NCBI GenBank assembly: GCA_963662465.1
Contig: OY759599.1
Coordinates: 448,001 to 512,000 of the forward strand
Source: Desulfatiglandales bacterium
Lineage (GTDB): Bacteria; Desulfobacterota; DSM-4660; Desulfatiglandales; Desulfatiglandaceae
Direction: 5' to 3'
DNA: 64,000 nucleotides
Positions 49,856-60,852 of this stretch are shown piece after piece (the first letter of the stretch is position 1; every line of letters starts with the position of its first letter). The notes beneath the pieces were generated by a model. That model did not search any database. It was not told the DNA's origin and saw only the letters and a program-made list of their open reading frames with translations. Position numbers and translations under genes: made by a program.

Positions 49856-51622
49856 ATGCTGACCAAATTGACGATAAGAAATTTTAAACGATTCGATTCA
49901 GTTGAAGTTGAGTTGGGAAATCCAGTGGTATTTATCGGGCCGAACAATTCCGGCAAAACCACGGCATTGCAGGCCTTGGCGTTGTGGGAAATCGGTCTGA
50001 AACGCTGGAATGAAAAACGAAAGGGAAAACAGTCACCTGACAAACGAAGCGGTGTCACCATCAATCGTCGTGACCTCATTGCGGTTCCGGTGCCTTCCGC
50101 AAATCTGCTTTGGAGGGATCTCCATGTTCGGGATGTAAAAAAAACCAATGGAAAGCAATCCACGGAAAACGTGCGCATCGATATCACGCTTGAAGGGATC
50201 ACCAAAGACAAAGAATGGACCTGCGGTCTTGAATTCGCCCAGTTTTTTGTATTTGGGGCTAACAGGGAGTCTTTTTACTGTAGGCCGCTGAGGCTTTCCG
50301 AAGAAAAAAATCCCGTGCGAATGGAGATTCCTGATGCTGCCGAAGATATTCGCCTGGCTTTTCTGCCGCCCATGTCCGGCCTCGCCGCAAGCGAGACGCG
50401 CCTGGATGCGGGTGCCGTCAATGTTCGAATCGGCGAAGGGCGAACCGCGGAGGTGCTTCGGAATCTGTGTTTGAAAATTTACGAGGACAACCCGGAAAAA
50501 TGGAAAAAACTATGTGCCTTCATTCAAGATTTGTTTGGTTCGGAACTTGAAGCCCCTCAGTATGTGCCTGAAAGGGGCGAAGTGGTCATGGGCTATGTTG
50601 AGCAGGGCGCCCGACTGGATCTTTCTTCCAGCGGGCGGGGATTGCAGCAAACCTTGCTGTTGCTCGCTTATATGTATGCCAATCCCGGCGCGATTTTACT
50701 TCTGGATGAGCCGGATGCTCACCTGGAGATTCTCCGGCAGCGTCAGATTTACCAGCTTTTGAGCCAGGTGGCCCTGGAAAATAAGAACCAGCTCATCATG
50801 GCCAGCCATTCGGAAGTGATCTTAAATGAATCCGCTGAACGGGATACGGTGGTCGCGTTTCTGGGGAATCCCCATGTGATTTCGGACCGTGGCAGCCAGG
50901 TACTCAAATCGTTGCGGGATATCGGCTGGGAGCATTATTACCAGGCTCGGCAGACAGGGTGGGTTTTGTATTTGGAAGGGTCCACGGATTTGGCGATTTT
51001 GCAGACTTTTGCTGAAAGATTGGAATATCCGGAAGCCATTGAAGCCCTGAAGCGACCCTATGTCCACTATGTGGGCAATAACCCAAAGGAAGTGCAACGT
51101 CATTTTCAAGGATTGAAGGAGGCGGTCCCCCATTTGAAAGGTATTGCGGTTTTTGATCGTCTGGATCGAAAGCCGCCCCGGGAGTCGGGTGCGGAGATCC
51201 TCATGTGGCGAAAGCGGGAAATTGAAAATTATCTCTGCTATCCGGAAGTGCTGGAAGCCTATGCCGGTCATCTTGAAAGAGAAGAATCGGCAGGACCGTT
51301 GTTTGAGCGCTCATTGGCGGATAAGAGGATGGAAACCATGAAACAATCCATTGAACATATTTCGGGGGCCATGGAAGTCCTCGGAAAAGGGAACCCCTGG
51401 CATGACGATACAAAGGTCAGTGATGATTTCCTGACACCTCTTTTCAAAGATTATTTCAAACGGCTGGGGCTTTATAATGTGATGGATAAAAAGAGCTTTT
51501 ATGAATTGGCTGGATTTATCACCGGAGAACGGATTGATCCGGAAGTCAGGGAAAGGCTGGAGGCGATTGTTCGGGTGTCGATAGACTCCGGCGCAAGATT
51601 TTGCGCTATGGATGTGGGGTAA
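49856..51622 (+). CDS. ABC/AAA ATPase with TOPRIM-like C-terminus (OLD-like nuclease)
   Basis: GPNNSGKT, SSGRG signature, LLLDEPDAHL, ASHS; YLEGSTD, VFDRLD, REIENYL. Confidence 0.8.
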   Translation: MLTKLTIRNFKRFDSVEVELGNPVVFIGPNNSGKTTALQALALWEIGLKRWNEKRKGKQSPDKRSGVTINRRDLIAVPVPSANLLWRDLHVRDVKKTNGKQSTENVRIDITLEGITKDKEWTCGLEFAQFFVFGANRESFYCRPLRLSEEKNPVRMEIPDAAEDIRLAFLPPMSGLAASETRLDAGAVNVRIGEGRTAEVLRNLCLKIYEDNPEKWKKLCAFIQDLFGSELEAPQYVPERGEVVMGYVEQGARLDLSSSGRGLQQTLLLLAYMYANPGAILLLDEPDAHLEILRQRQIYQLLSQVALENKNQLIMASHSEVILNESAERDTVVAFLGNPHVISDRGSQVLKSLRDIGWEHYYQARQTGWVLYLEGSTDLAILQTFAERLEYPEAIEALKRPYVHYVGNNPKEVQRHFQGLKEAVPHLKGIAVFDRLDRKPPRESGAEILMWRKREIENYLCYPEVLEAYAGHLEREESAGPLFERSLADKRMETMKQSIEHISGAMEVLGKGNPWHDDTKVSDDFLTPLFKDYFKRLGLYNVMDKKSFYELAGFITGERIDPEVRERLEAIVRVSIDSGARFCAMDVG

Positions 51623-51657
51623 ATTGGCGTGGGATAACTTATAGTCAAGGTGAAGTT

Positions 51658-52416
51658 ATGAGTACACGTACAAAAATAGAATGGACGGAACGGACCTGGA
51701 ACCCTTCGACCGGTTGTACGAAGGTATCGCCGGGTTGTACGCATTGTTATGCTGAAATTATGGCGCGTCGTTTGAAAGCCATGGGTGTCAAAGGGTATGA
51801 AAATGGATTTTCTCTTGCGTTGCACCCTAACAGGCTCAACGAACCTCTTGCGCGGCGAAAACCGACCATGTACTTCGTGAATTCCATGAGCGATCTTTTT
51901 CACGAAGATATCCCAGACGATTTCATCGGGCAGGTATTTAATGTTATGAAAAAAACGTCGCATCATACCTTTCAAGTGCTTACGAAACGCGCAGAGAGAA
52001 TGGCCCGTTTCTTGGCATTAAGAGAGGTGCCGGATAATGTCTGGATCGGCGTGACGGTTGAAAATAGAGAACATGGTTTGCCAAGGGTTGAATTATTGAG
52101 AACAATCAAGGCCCCCATTCGCTTTCTATCCATTGAGCCCTTGCTTGAGGATCTGGGAGTTCTTACACTCACGGATATCCAATGGGTTATTGTGGGCGGT
52201 GAATCCGGTCCACGGGCAAGACCGATGAAAGCGGAATGGGTTGAAGATATCAAGGGGCAATGTGATATCAACAATACGACCTTTTTTTTCAAGCAATGGG
52301 GCGTTTGGGGGGCAGATGGAAAAAAACGTTCCAAAAAGGCGAACGGGAGACTTTTTTTCGGGCGTACCTGGGACGGCATGCCTGCGTTAAATGGTTTGCT
52401 CCCGACTACTTGTTGA
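51658..52416 (+). CDS. DUF5131 / phage Gp37-Gp68 family radical-SAM-like protein
   Basis: TKIEWTERTWNP.TGCTKVSPGCTHCYA, FVNSMSDLFH, VGGESGP, FFFKQWG. Confidence 0.9.
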   Translation: MSTRTKIEWTERTWNPSTGCTKVSPGCTHCYAEIMARRLKAMGVKGYENGFSLALHPNRLNEPLARRKPTMYFVNSMSDLFHEDIPDDFIGQVFNVMKKTSHHTFQVLTKRAERMARFLALREVPDNVWIGVTVENREHGLPRVELLRTIKAPIRFLSIEPLLEDLGVLTLTDIQWVIVGGESGPRARPMKAEWVEDIKGQCDINNTTFFFKQWGVWGADGKKRSKKANGRLFFGRTWDGMPALNGLLPTTC

Positions 52417-52440
52417 TGTTAATCCTCACGTACTGACAAT

Positions 52441-54537
52441 ATGGAAAATATAGAAAAAATCGAATCGGATCTCTGGGAAGCTGCAGATCAGCTTCGTGCA
52501 AATTCAAAACTTACCTCCACCGAGTACTGTATTCCCCTGCTTGGCATTATTTTCCTTCGGCATGCGGCCAATCGGTTTGAAGGCGTCACCCGTCAAATCG
52601 AGGAAGATCAAAAAACCGGCAGTATGGTAAAACGCCCTGCGGTGAAGGAGGACTATCTTAAACGCCGTTCCTTGTATCTTCCAGAAAAAGCACGATATGA
52701 CTACATTCTGGGATTGCCCAAAGACACGGATCTTGGCCAGACGCTTATTGAGGCCATGGATGCAATCGAAGCGGATTTCGAGCCTCTGCAGGGTGTGCTG
52801 CCCAAAGAGTATGGTATCTTTGAGAATATCGTTTTGGAAGACCTTCTGCGCATTTTCAGCAGAGACGCATTAAAGAACGCGGACGGGGATGTTTTCGGAC
52901 GGATCTATGAATACTTTCTGATGAAATTCGCCATGCAGGGCGCACAGGACAACGGCGAATTCTTTACCCCGCCTTCACTGGTAAGGACCATCGTCAATGT
53001 CATTGAACCGGAGCATGGCACTGTTTTTGATCCGGCATGCGGTTCAGCGGGCATGTTTGTCCAATCCAGCTATTTTATCGAACGTCTCGGCCTGGATACT
53101 TCCCATGAGGTGACTTTCTACGGCCAGGAAAAAACCGCAACCACCATCAAACTGGCGAAGATGAATTTGGCGGTTCACGGGCTTGAAGGCAATATCCTTG
53201 AAGCCAATACTTTTTATGACGACCTTCATACCCTTTACGCTAAATGCGACTATGTCATGGCCAATCCCCCTTTTAACGTGGATATGGTGGATGGGGAGAG
53301 GATAAAAGACGACCAGCGACTTCCCTTCGGGTTGCCGGGCGTAAACAAGAACAAAAAAGTCTCAAACGGCAACTATCTCTGGATATCCTATTTTTACAGC
53401 TACCTGAACGAAAGAGGCCGGGCCGGATTTGTCATGTCTTCCCAGGCTTCCAGCGCCGGGCGTGGGGAAATGGAGGTCCGGCGGAAGCTTGTCGAAACCG
53501 GCCATGTGGATGTGCTGATCGCCATCCGGTCCAATTTTTTTTATACCCGGACAGTTCCCTGCGAACTATGGTTTTTTGACAAAAACAAGCCTGAAAATCT
53601 CTCGGACAAGGTCTTGATGATCGATGCCCGCAATATCTACCGCAAGGTGACGCGAAAGATCTATGACTTTACACCCGAGCAATTGAAAAACATCACCGCC
53701 ATCGTTTGGCTGTACCGGGGGGAGACCGAAAAATTTCTAAATCTCATCAAAGAATATTTGGAAAGCGTCCGCACGGAATGCGCCCTTATACCGGCTAAAC
53801 TGGATGCCTTTGAACAATCTTTTAAGCAGCTCAAAGTCCATATCGAGGATTTTGAAAAGGCGTGCGCCAAAAACGAGGGAGTAGATCAGGCGATTCTCCA
53901 AAAATACCGGGGGCGCCTCAAAGAGCTTGAAAACGCTCAGACACTTTACATGAAGGATCAGGGTATTTTGCGCAAGGCCATGACATCCTGGGCTCAGAAA
54001 AGCGGCAAACCCCTGCCTGAGAAAAACATCGGGCAGAAAGAAGCACAAAAAGCCTTTGAGCCGGTGGCGGATAAAGTAAAGGGCCTGATAAAACAGATCG
54101 ATCAGTTGAGCAAGTTTGCCCTGAGTCTCGTTGATTTGGCTGAAAAGGAGTTGGGGGGCAAACAGTCCGAAGAATGGAACACGCGGGACATCGGAAAATT
54201 GAAGAAAGACCTTGACGCTTTGCGAAAGGATGTCGTGGAACAACTGAAGCTTGCGGTCTATTTCCACCGGAGAATCCTTTGGTTGCAAAGCCGGTTTTCG
54301 GATGCGGAATATATCGATGTGGAAGGGCTGGTCAAGTTGGTGGATCGCGCGGAGATAGAAGCCAACGACTGGAGCCTGACCCCGGGTCGGTATGTGGGTG
54401 TTGTGCCCCCCGAGGAAGACGAGAATTTTGATTTTGAGGAAACCATGCGGGAGATTCATGTGGAACTGGCTGGGTTGAATGGGGAGGCTGCTGAGTTGGC
54501 GGAACGAATTCAGCAGAATTTTCAGGGACTGGTATGA
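52441..54537 (+). CDS. hsdM: Type I R-M methyltransferase subunit with long coiled-coil insertion
   Basis: LWEAADQLR, GEFFTP, DPACGS, ANPPFN, SLTPGRYVG. Confidence 0.93.
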   Translation: MENIEKIESDLWEAADQLRANSKLTSTEYCIPLLGIIFLRHAANRFEGVTRQIEEDQKTGSMVKRPAVKEDYLKRRSLYLPEKARYDYILGLPKDTDLGQTLIEAMDAIEADFEPLQGVLPKEYGIFENIVLEDLLRIFSRDALKNADGDVFGRIYEYFLMKFAMQGAQDNGEFFTPPSLVRTIVNVIEPEHGTVFDPACGSAGMFVQSSYFIERLGLDTSHEVTFYGQEKTATTIKLAKMNLAVHGLEGNILEANTFYDDLHTLYAKCDYVMANPPFNVDMVDGERIKDDQRLPFGLPGVNKNKKVSNGNYLWISYFYSYLNERGRAGFVMSSQASSAGRGEMEVRRKLVETGHVDVLIAIRSNFFYTRTVPCELWFFDKNKPENLSDKVLMIDARNIYRKVTRKIYDFTPEQLKNITAIVWLYRGETEKFLNLIKEYLESVRTECALIPAKLDAFEQSFKQLKVHIEDFEKACAKNEGVDQAILQKYRGRLKELENAQTLYMKDQGILRKAMTSWAQKSGKPLPEKNIGQKEAQKAFEPVADKVKGLIKQIDQLSKFALSLVDLAEKELGGKQSEEWNTRDIGKLKKDLDALRKDVVEQLKLAVYFHRRILWLQSRFSDAEYIDVEGLVKLVDRAEIEANDWSLTPGRYVGVVPPEEDENFDFEETMREIHVELAGLNGEAAELAERIQQNFQGLV

Positions 54538-55743
54538 AACTTTATGAGGAAGGCCCTATAAAGGACTTTGTGTTGGGAATTTTTGATGGGCCTCACTCCA
54601 CACCGAAGGAATCGGATAGTGGTCCAATTTTTTTAGGAATAAAGAATGTGAGGGACGGAAGTCTGGATCTATCGGATATCCGGCATGTTTCAGAACGGGA
54701 TTTCCCAAAGTGGACCAAAAGAGTCACACCACAGCCCGATGATATTGTGTTCTCCTATGAGGCGACGTTACACAGATATGCTATAATTCCAGAAGGTTTT
54801 AAAGGCTGTTTGGGTCGTAGAATCGCGCTGATACGACCCAATCCACAAAAAGTCGAGCATAAGTATTTGCTGTATTACTTTCTTTCCCATAAATGGCGCA
54901 AAGTAGTTGAAGGATCTGTTATAAGTGGTGCCACCGTTGATAGGATCCCTTTGATTCGCTTTCCTGATTTCCCGGTCTCGCTTCCACCACTAAACATTCA
55001 GCAAAAAATCGCCGCCATCCTTTCCAATTACGGCGACCTGATCGAAAACAACCTGCGGCGGATTGAATTTCTGGATCAATCTGCCCGGCTGTTATATGAG
55101 GAGTGGTTTGTTCGGCTTCGGTTTCCGGAGCATGAGCGTGTAAGGGTAAAGGATGGGATTCCTGACGGATGGAAAAGAGCAACTGCTTTTGATGTTATGG
55201 AAGTACATAGTGGCGGAACACCAAGAACAGGCACGCCTGAATACTGGGATGGCAACATCCCCTTTTATACGCCTAAAGATGCTCACAAATATGCATATGT
55301 ACTTGAGACCCAGAAAACCCTAACTGATGCCGGATTATCGAAATGCAATAGTAAATTGTATCCCAAAAACACTGTTTTCATTACAGCGAGAGGTACTGTG
55401 GGGAATGTGAATTTGGCTCAGAGTTCTATGGCTATGAATCAGTCCTGTTATGCGTTAAAAGGAAAAGGTAGGGTTTCGCAGTTTTTCCTGTTTTGTGCGA
55501 TCAGAAATTCAATCGAGCAGTTCCATCAACGGGCAGTCGGTGCGGTATTTGACGCAATCATCGTTGACACTTTCAAATCAATCCCATTCCTCCTGCCAGG
55601 TGATGAAACAATTCGTTCTTTAAGAACAAATGGTCTCCCTGGTATTCCGTCAAATAGAAAACTTGTTGGTCCAAAACCAAAAACTCAAACAAGCCCGCGA
55701 CCTGTTGTTGCCCAAGCTCATGAATGGGGAAATCACAGTGTAA
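54534..55743 (+). pseudogene. hsdS: Type I R-M specificity subunit with frameshift near its 3' end
   Basis: Two TRDs, PPLNIQQKIA spacer; conserved LKQARDLLLPKLMNGEI* lies in another frame after ~55620. Confidence 0.85.
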
Positions 55744-55758
55744 TCAGGAGTTGTACCC

Positions 55759-58000
55759 ATGATCACCGACATCAATAGCGAAGACCGTCTGGTTCAGGCG
55801 ACCTTCGCGGATTATCTGGAACACAAACTCGGGTGGGAAAACGTATATGCCTGGAACAAAGAGGTGTTTGGGCAGGGCGGCACACTGGGAAGGATCAGCG
55901 AGCGAGAAATCGTTCTGACCCGGGACCTCAGCACTGCGATCAAAGGTCTGAATCCCGCATTGCCCGAAAAGGCGGTTGATGTAGCCATTCAGAAGTTCAT
56001 TCGTCGGGATTTTACCCGCACAACCCTCCAGCACAACCAGGAGTTTTTCAAATACATTCGAGAGGGCATTCCGGTCAGTTATCGGGATAAGACGGGTCGG
56101 CTTCGTCAGGTTCAGGCCAGGGTAATTGATTTTCGAAACCCGGGTTCAAATTCCAACACCTTCAAGGCCGTTCGTGAACTGAAGATACAGGGTTTACGTT
56201 CCCCTCATTATAACCGGCGTGCTGATCTGGTCTGTTTTGTAAACGGCATTCCCCTTGTCTTTATCGAACTCAAGGCCGTGTATCTGAACATCAGGGCCGG
56301 GTTTGACAACAACATCACCGACTATTTCGATACCATCCCCCACGCCTTCTACCACAACGCCTTTCTCGTGGTGAGTAACGGCGACCGGGCGCGTTACGGG
56401 ACCATTACCAGCGAATGGGAACATTTCAGCGAATGGAAACGCAATGACGAAAAAGACAAGGGACGTCTTGAAGCGAAAATTCTGCTGAACGGCATGTTGA
56501 AAAAGGAACGGTTGTTGGACCTTCTGGAGAATTTCATTGTTTATGACGATAGTAAGCCGGGCGGCGTCCGAAAGATACTTGGCCGGAATCATCAGGTGTT
56601 GGGGGTCAACCACGCTGTTGATTCAGTGTGGCGTCAGGAGGAATTGAAGCGGCGATTTCCGCCGGAAAAGCGACTGGAATACTATGAATACCATGAGCCG
56701 GAAACACTGCTTGCGGCGGAAGCGGATCACGCGGAATTCAATCTTTCTGAGAAACCGCCGGCAAAAGAGACAAACAAGATTGTCGGCATTCCGATGGTCA
56801 AAAGGGCTCATTCGGAGCTGGGACTGTTGGGGGTTTTCTGGCACACACAGGGTGCGGGAAAATCTTACTCCATGGTGTTTTTTACGGAAAAAGTTCGCCG
56901 TTTGGTTCCCGGTAATTTCACCTTTGTAATCATGACGGATCGGAAAGACCTGGACGACCAGATTTACAGAACATTTGCGGGCTGCGGCGTTGTGGATGAA
57001 AAAACCCCGAGAGCCGGTTCAGGAGAGGAACTGGAAAAATTGTTGAAGGAAGACCACCGCTATATCTTCAGCCTGATCCACAAGTTCAACAAATCGGTTT
57101 CCCACGAAAAACCCTACAGCGAACGGGATGACATTATCGTCATATCCGATGAAGCCCACCGCACCCAGGCGGGGAAACTGGCGCGCAATATGCGCCTGGC
57201 CCTTCCCAATGCCGCGTTTATCGGTTTCACGGGAACCCCTCTTTTCAAGTACGATCATCTGACGCGGCGCATTTTCGGAAATTATGTTTCCAGATATGAC
57301 TTCAAACGCTCCGAGGAAGACGGCGCCACGGTGAAACTGGTATATGAAAACCGGGGAGAAAAACTGGGCCTTACCCGTCTGGATTTGAATGATCGCATTG
57401 CGGAGAAAATAGAGGAAGCGGATCTGGATCAGGACCAGATTTCCCTTTTGGAAAAGTTGCTTGGCAAGGATTATGAGGTGATTACAGCGGATGATCGTCT
57501 CGATAAGATTGCCGATGACTTCGTGGCGCATTGTATAACGCGGTGGGAGTCCGGAAAATCCATGGTGGTGTGCATCGACAAACTCACTTGCGCCCGCATG
57601 TATCAACGGATTTTGCCCCGTTGGACTTCAAAGTGTGAACTTCTGAAAAATGCGCTTGTTCAAAAAGAGGGTGCGCAAGATGCCGCAACGGACGAATTTA
57701 CCCGTGAAAGGCTCAAAAAGGAAACGAATAGACTCCGAAATCAAATTGTATGGGTTGAACAAGCACGCATTGAGATCATCATCAGTGAAGGGCAAAACGA
57801 AGTCAGGGATTTCAAGAAATGGGACTTTGATATTCGGCCCCGCCGTGAGCTGATGAAGGGCGGTTTTGAAACGTCTGACGGCAAGCGGGTGGATGTGGAA
57901 ACGGCCTTTAAAGATCCCGGTCATCCGTTTCGCATTGCCATTGTGTGTGCCATGTGGCTCACGGGGTTTGATGTGGAATGCCTTTCGACCCTTTATCTTG
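55759..58000 (+). pseudogene. hsdR: Type I R-M restriction subunit, 5' part
   Basis: FIELK, HTQGAGKS, DEAHR, GFTGTP, MWLTGFD..CLSTLYL; broken by IS. Confidence 0.92.
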
Positions 58001-58063
58001 AAAGCATAGGAATTTCCATTTTTGATTTGGCATATCAAATAGTTGTTGCAGTGATGGCATTAA

Positions 58064-59398
58064 ATGTGTCAAAAAAAGCACATTATGCATATGCCATCAG
58101 ACCAAAAAATTGATAAGGAGACTTTCCGGACGATTTTTATTGATCATTGGGAATCATTCAAAGAGCATCATCCAGGGTATGATAATTCGCAATATGAAGA
58201 TCCGGTTCAGAAAATGCTTGGTTGCGGCAAGGAAAGCGCCGGATATAGCGAGCACCGGTGTGTTTATTGCGGTGGTGATGTTCGCCGGATAGGTTTTAGT
58301 TGCAAGAGCTGTTTTTGTTTATCCTGCGCCAAGAAATATGTTGACGATTTTGTCAGTCAAGTGAGTAGGGTGCTTCATGGGGGCATGAATTACCGTCACA
58401 TTGTTTTGACAATTCCCGAGCAACTGAGAATCGTTTTTTATAAGGCTCGAAATGATGGACGTTTGTTATCGGCTTTTATGAGATGCGGGTACGAATGTTT
58501 GGAGGATGTTGTCGGAACGGTTCTTCGGCGGAAACTGAAAATAGGAACGATCGTCGTTGTTCAAACGCATGGTCGATCCGGTCATTATAATCCGCATTTG
58601 CATATCATCATGACAAGCGGTGGGATAAATGAAGATCTGTGCGGTTGGTTTGATTTAAGGTTCTTCAAGTATGAGATTATACATAAGAAATGGCAGTATC
58701 ATCTATTCAGAATGCTCAAGTCCCATTTTAACAGCAGTGCGGTCGATAAACTTATTGATGAGCTGTGGAAAAAATACCCTAAAGGTTTGGTAGCCAATGT
58801 GAGCAAGGGTAATGTTCCTGAGACATGTGGGGGTCTGGCGCGATATTTGGCGAAATATGTTGCATCTCCTCCGATAGCTCTGAGACGGATAATCAGTTAT
58901 GATGGCCAATATGTTACCTATTGGTACAATGATCACATGACAAAATCCAGGAAGGTTGAAACCGTGGAAGTGGATGTTTTTATCGGTCGAATGGTTCAAC
59001 ACATAATGCCCAAAGGGTTCCAGCGGGTTCGTTATTATGGGCTACAGGCTACGAAAACTTTTAAGAAATGGTCGGAAGTAATACGGAAAGGGATGAAGGC
59101 TTTGGGGCGTGGGATTAAAGGAACGTATCAAGTCGTAAAAGCGAAAAGATATCGAGAACGTTATAAGGAGATCAGCTCTCAAGATCCTTTTTTGTGTCGT
59201 TATTGTGGCCATGAAATGGTGCTATGGAAGATATGGCATCCAAAATATGGAGTTTTATATGACGAATATGAAAACATCAAAAACGACAGGTACGGCACGG
59301 TTACAGGACAAAATGACAGCGGGGGTGGAAGGCGAGGACTTCCCGTTCGGCCCTCCTCCGGAGGAATATCCTTACCGTTGTTCCCATTGCCGGCATGA
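58064..59398 (+). CDS. IS91-family Y2/HUH transposase with N-terminal Zn-binding domain
   Basis: SCKSCFCLSC, HIVLTIP, NPHLH, YLAKY, RYYG. Confidence 0.92.
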   Translation: MCQKKHIMHMPSDQKIDKETFRTIFIDHWESFKEHHPGYDNSQYEDPVQKMLGCGKESAGYSEHRCVYCGGDVRRIGFSCKSCFCLSCAKKYVDDFVSQVSRVLHGGMNYRHIVLTIPEQLRIVFYKARNDGRLLSAFMRCGYECLEDVVGTVLRRKLKIGTIVVVQTHGRSGHYNPHLHIIMTSGGINEDLCGWFDLRFFKYEIIHKKWQYHLFRMLKSHFNSSAVDKLIDELWKKYPKGLVANVSKGNVPETCGGLARYLAKYVASPPIALRRIISYDGQYVTYWYNDHMTKSRKVETVEVDVFIGRMVQHIMPKGFQRVRYYGLQATKTFKKWSEVIRKGMKALGRGIKGTYQVVKAKRYRERYKEISSQDPFLCRYCGHEMVLWKIWHPKYGVLYDEYENIKNDRYGTVTGQNDSGGGRRGLPVRPSSGGISLPLFPLPA

Positions 59399-59549
59399 AA
59401 TGAAGGTAAATGAAGCGATAATAGACGTCGAGATTGCAAAAGCAGAATATGAAGGAAGGAATGTGGAAGGCTTTATGCCCATTCTCGGTTGCCCTCAGTG
59501 CAATCGAGAAACAATGAAATATGCGCAAGGTAGAAAGCCCGCGCGTTAG
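59312..59549 (+). CDS. Small Zn-ribbon protein inside the IS
   Basis: YRCSHC...GCPQC; overlaps the transposase 3' end; start uncertain. Confidence 0.45.
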
Positions 59550-59561
59550 CGCGCTAAGTTC

Positions 59562-60748
59562 ATAAACCTATGAGGGCCCACACCCTGATGCAGGCGATCG
59601 CCCGCGCCAACCGGGTTTTTCCCGGAAAAATCCGCGGCGTGATCGTGGACTATAACGGCATGCTGAAAAGTCTTCGGGAGGCCATGGCCCAATATGCCCT
59701 GGGGGATGGTGATGATGGCAGCGGTGGAGAGGAGATTGTGGCGCCCATTGAAGAACTTTTGAAAGGGCTCCTTGATGCCATTGAAGCGGCGGAACAACAT
59801 CTTGAAAAGCTTGGATTCGACCCATTAAGATTGGTTGGTTCAAAAGGGTTTGAGAGGATTGAAGCACTTCGGGATGCCGTGGAAGTCCTCTACACCTCCG
59901 ACGAGGCCAAACGTCGCTTTGAAATCATGGCAAGACAAATCTTCAGCCGGTTCAAGGCGTTGCTCATGGAGCCTTCCGTATTTCAATATGCGGAACGTCA
60001 CGACCATATTGAGACCATCTACAAAAAGTTGGGAGAACGAAGGGATACATCGGATGTGACCGATATCTTCAAGGAGATTCATAGAATCGTCAATCAGGCG
60101 ATTCGAGCAAACGAGACAGGCGTTGATCAAGCGGAAGGACTTACCGTTGATCTCAGCCTGATTGATTTCGAAAAACTGCGAGATGAGTTCGCAAAAAAAG
60201 TAAGGCGCAAGAAAACTGCGTTGGAGGATATCCGTACAATCGTTGAGAAAAAATTGGAGCAGATGCTTTTGAATAATCCATTGCGGATGGATTATTACAA
60301 GAAATATCAGGAGATTATTTGCGATTATAACAGAGAAAAGGATCGCGCAACCGTTGAAGAGACTTTTGCAAAGGTTATGGATCTTGCATCGGCCATGGAT
60401 GCCGAGCAACGGCGGGCTGCCGAGGAAGGACTCAACGAAGACGAACTGGCTTTATTTGATCTGCTCAGGAAGGAAAACATCAGCAAAGCGGATCGAGAGC
60501 GGCTGAAACAGGCGAGCAAGGGGTTGTTGGAGTCGTTGACGGCCCTTTTGGAACCGATAGAAAGTTGGACTGAAAAGGAGCAAACTCGGGCTGAGGTAAA
60601 GGTCCTCATCCTGGATAACCTTTTTGGGGCACTTCCTGATCCTCCTTATGGCGAAGAGGAAACCGAGAAGATTGTAAACCGGATTTATGAGTACGTCTGG
60701 CAGCGGAGTTCGATTGGAAATCCATTGGGTGCATCAGCAGCGGCGTGA
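59562..60748 (+). pseudogene. hsdR: Type I R-M restriction subunit, 3' part
   Basis: KPMRAHTLMQAIARANR, IVDYNG, GLNEDELALFD. Confidence 0.92.
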
Positions 60749-60852
60749 TGTGAGGATTGTAGTCAAGCATTTAAGATGCATGACCCCGCAATAAGATCCC
60801 TTGAGCAAAATTCGATATCGTGACAACGGCGTACTGAAAAGAAAGGAGCATC

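Larger units (their letters stand above)
58001..59561 (+). mobile_element. IS91-family rolling-circle insertion sequence (1561 bp)
   Basis: Removing it restores TAT CTT G|AT AAA CCT ATG (YLDKPM); inserted after CTTG, ends GTTC after a GC hairpin; no target duplication. Confidence 0.88.
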
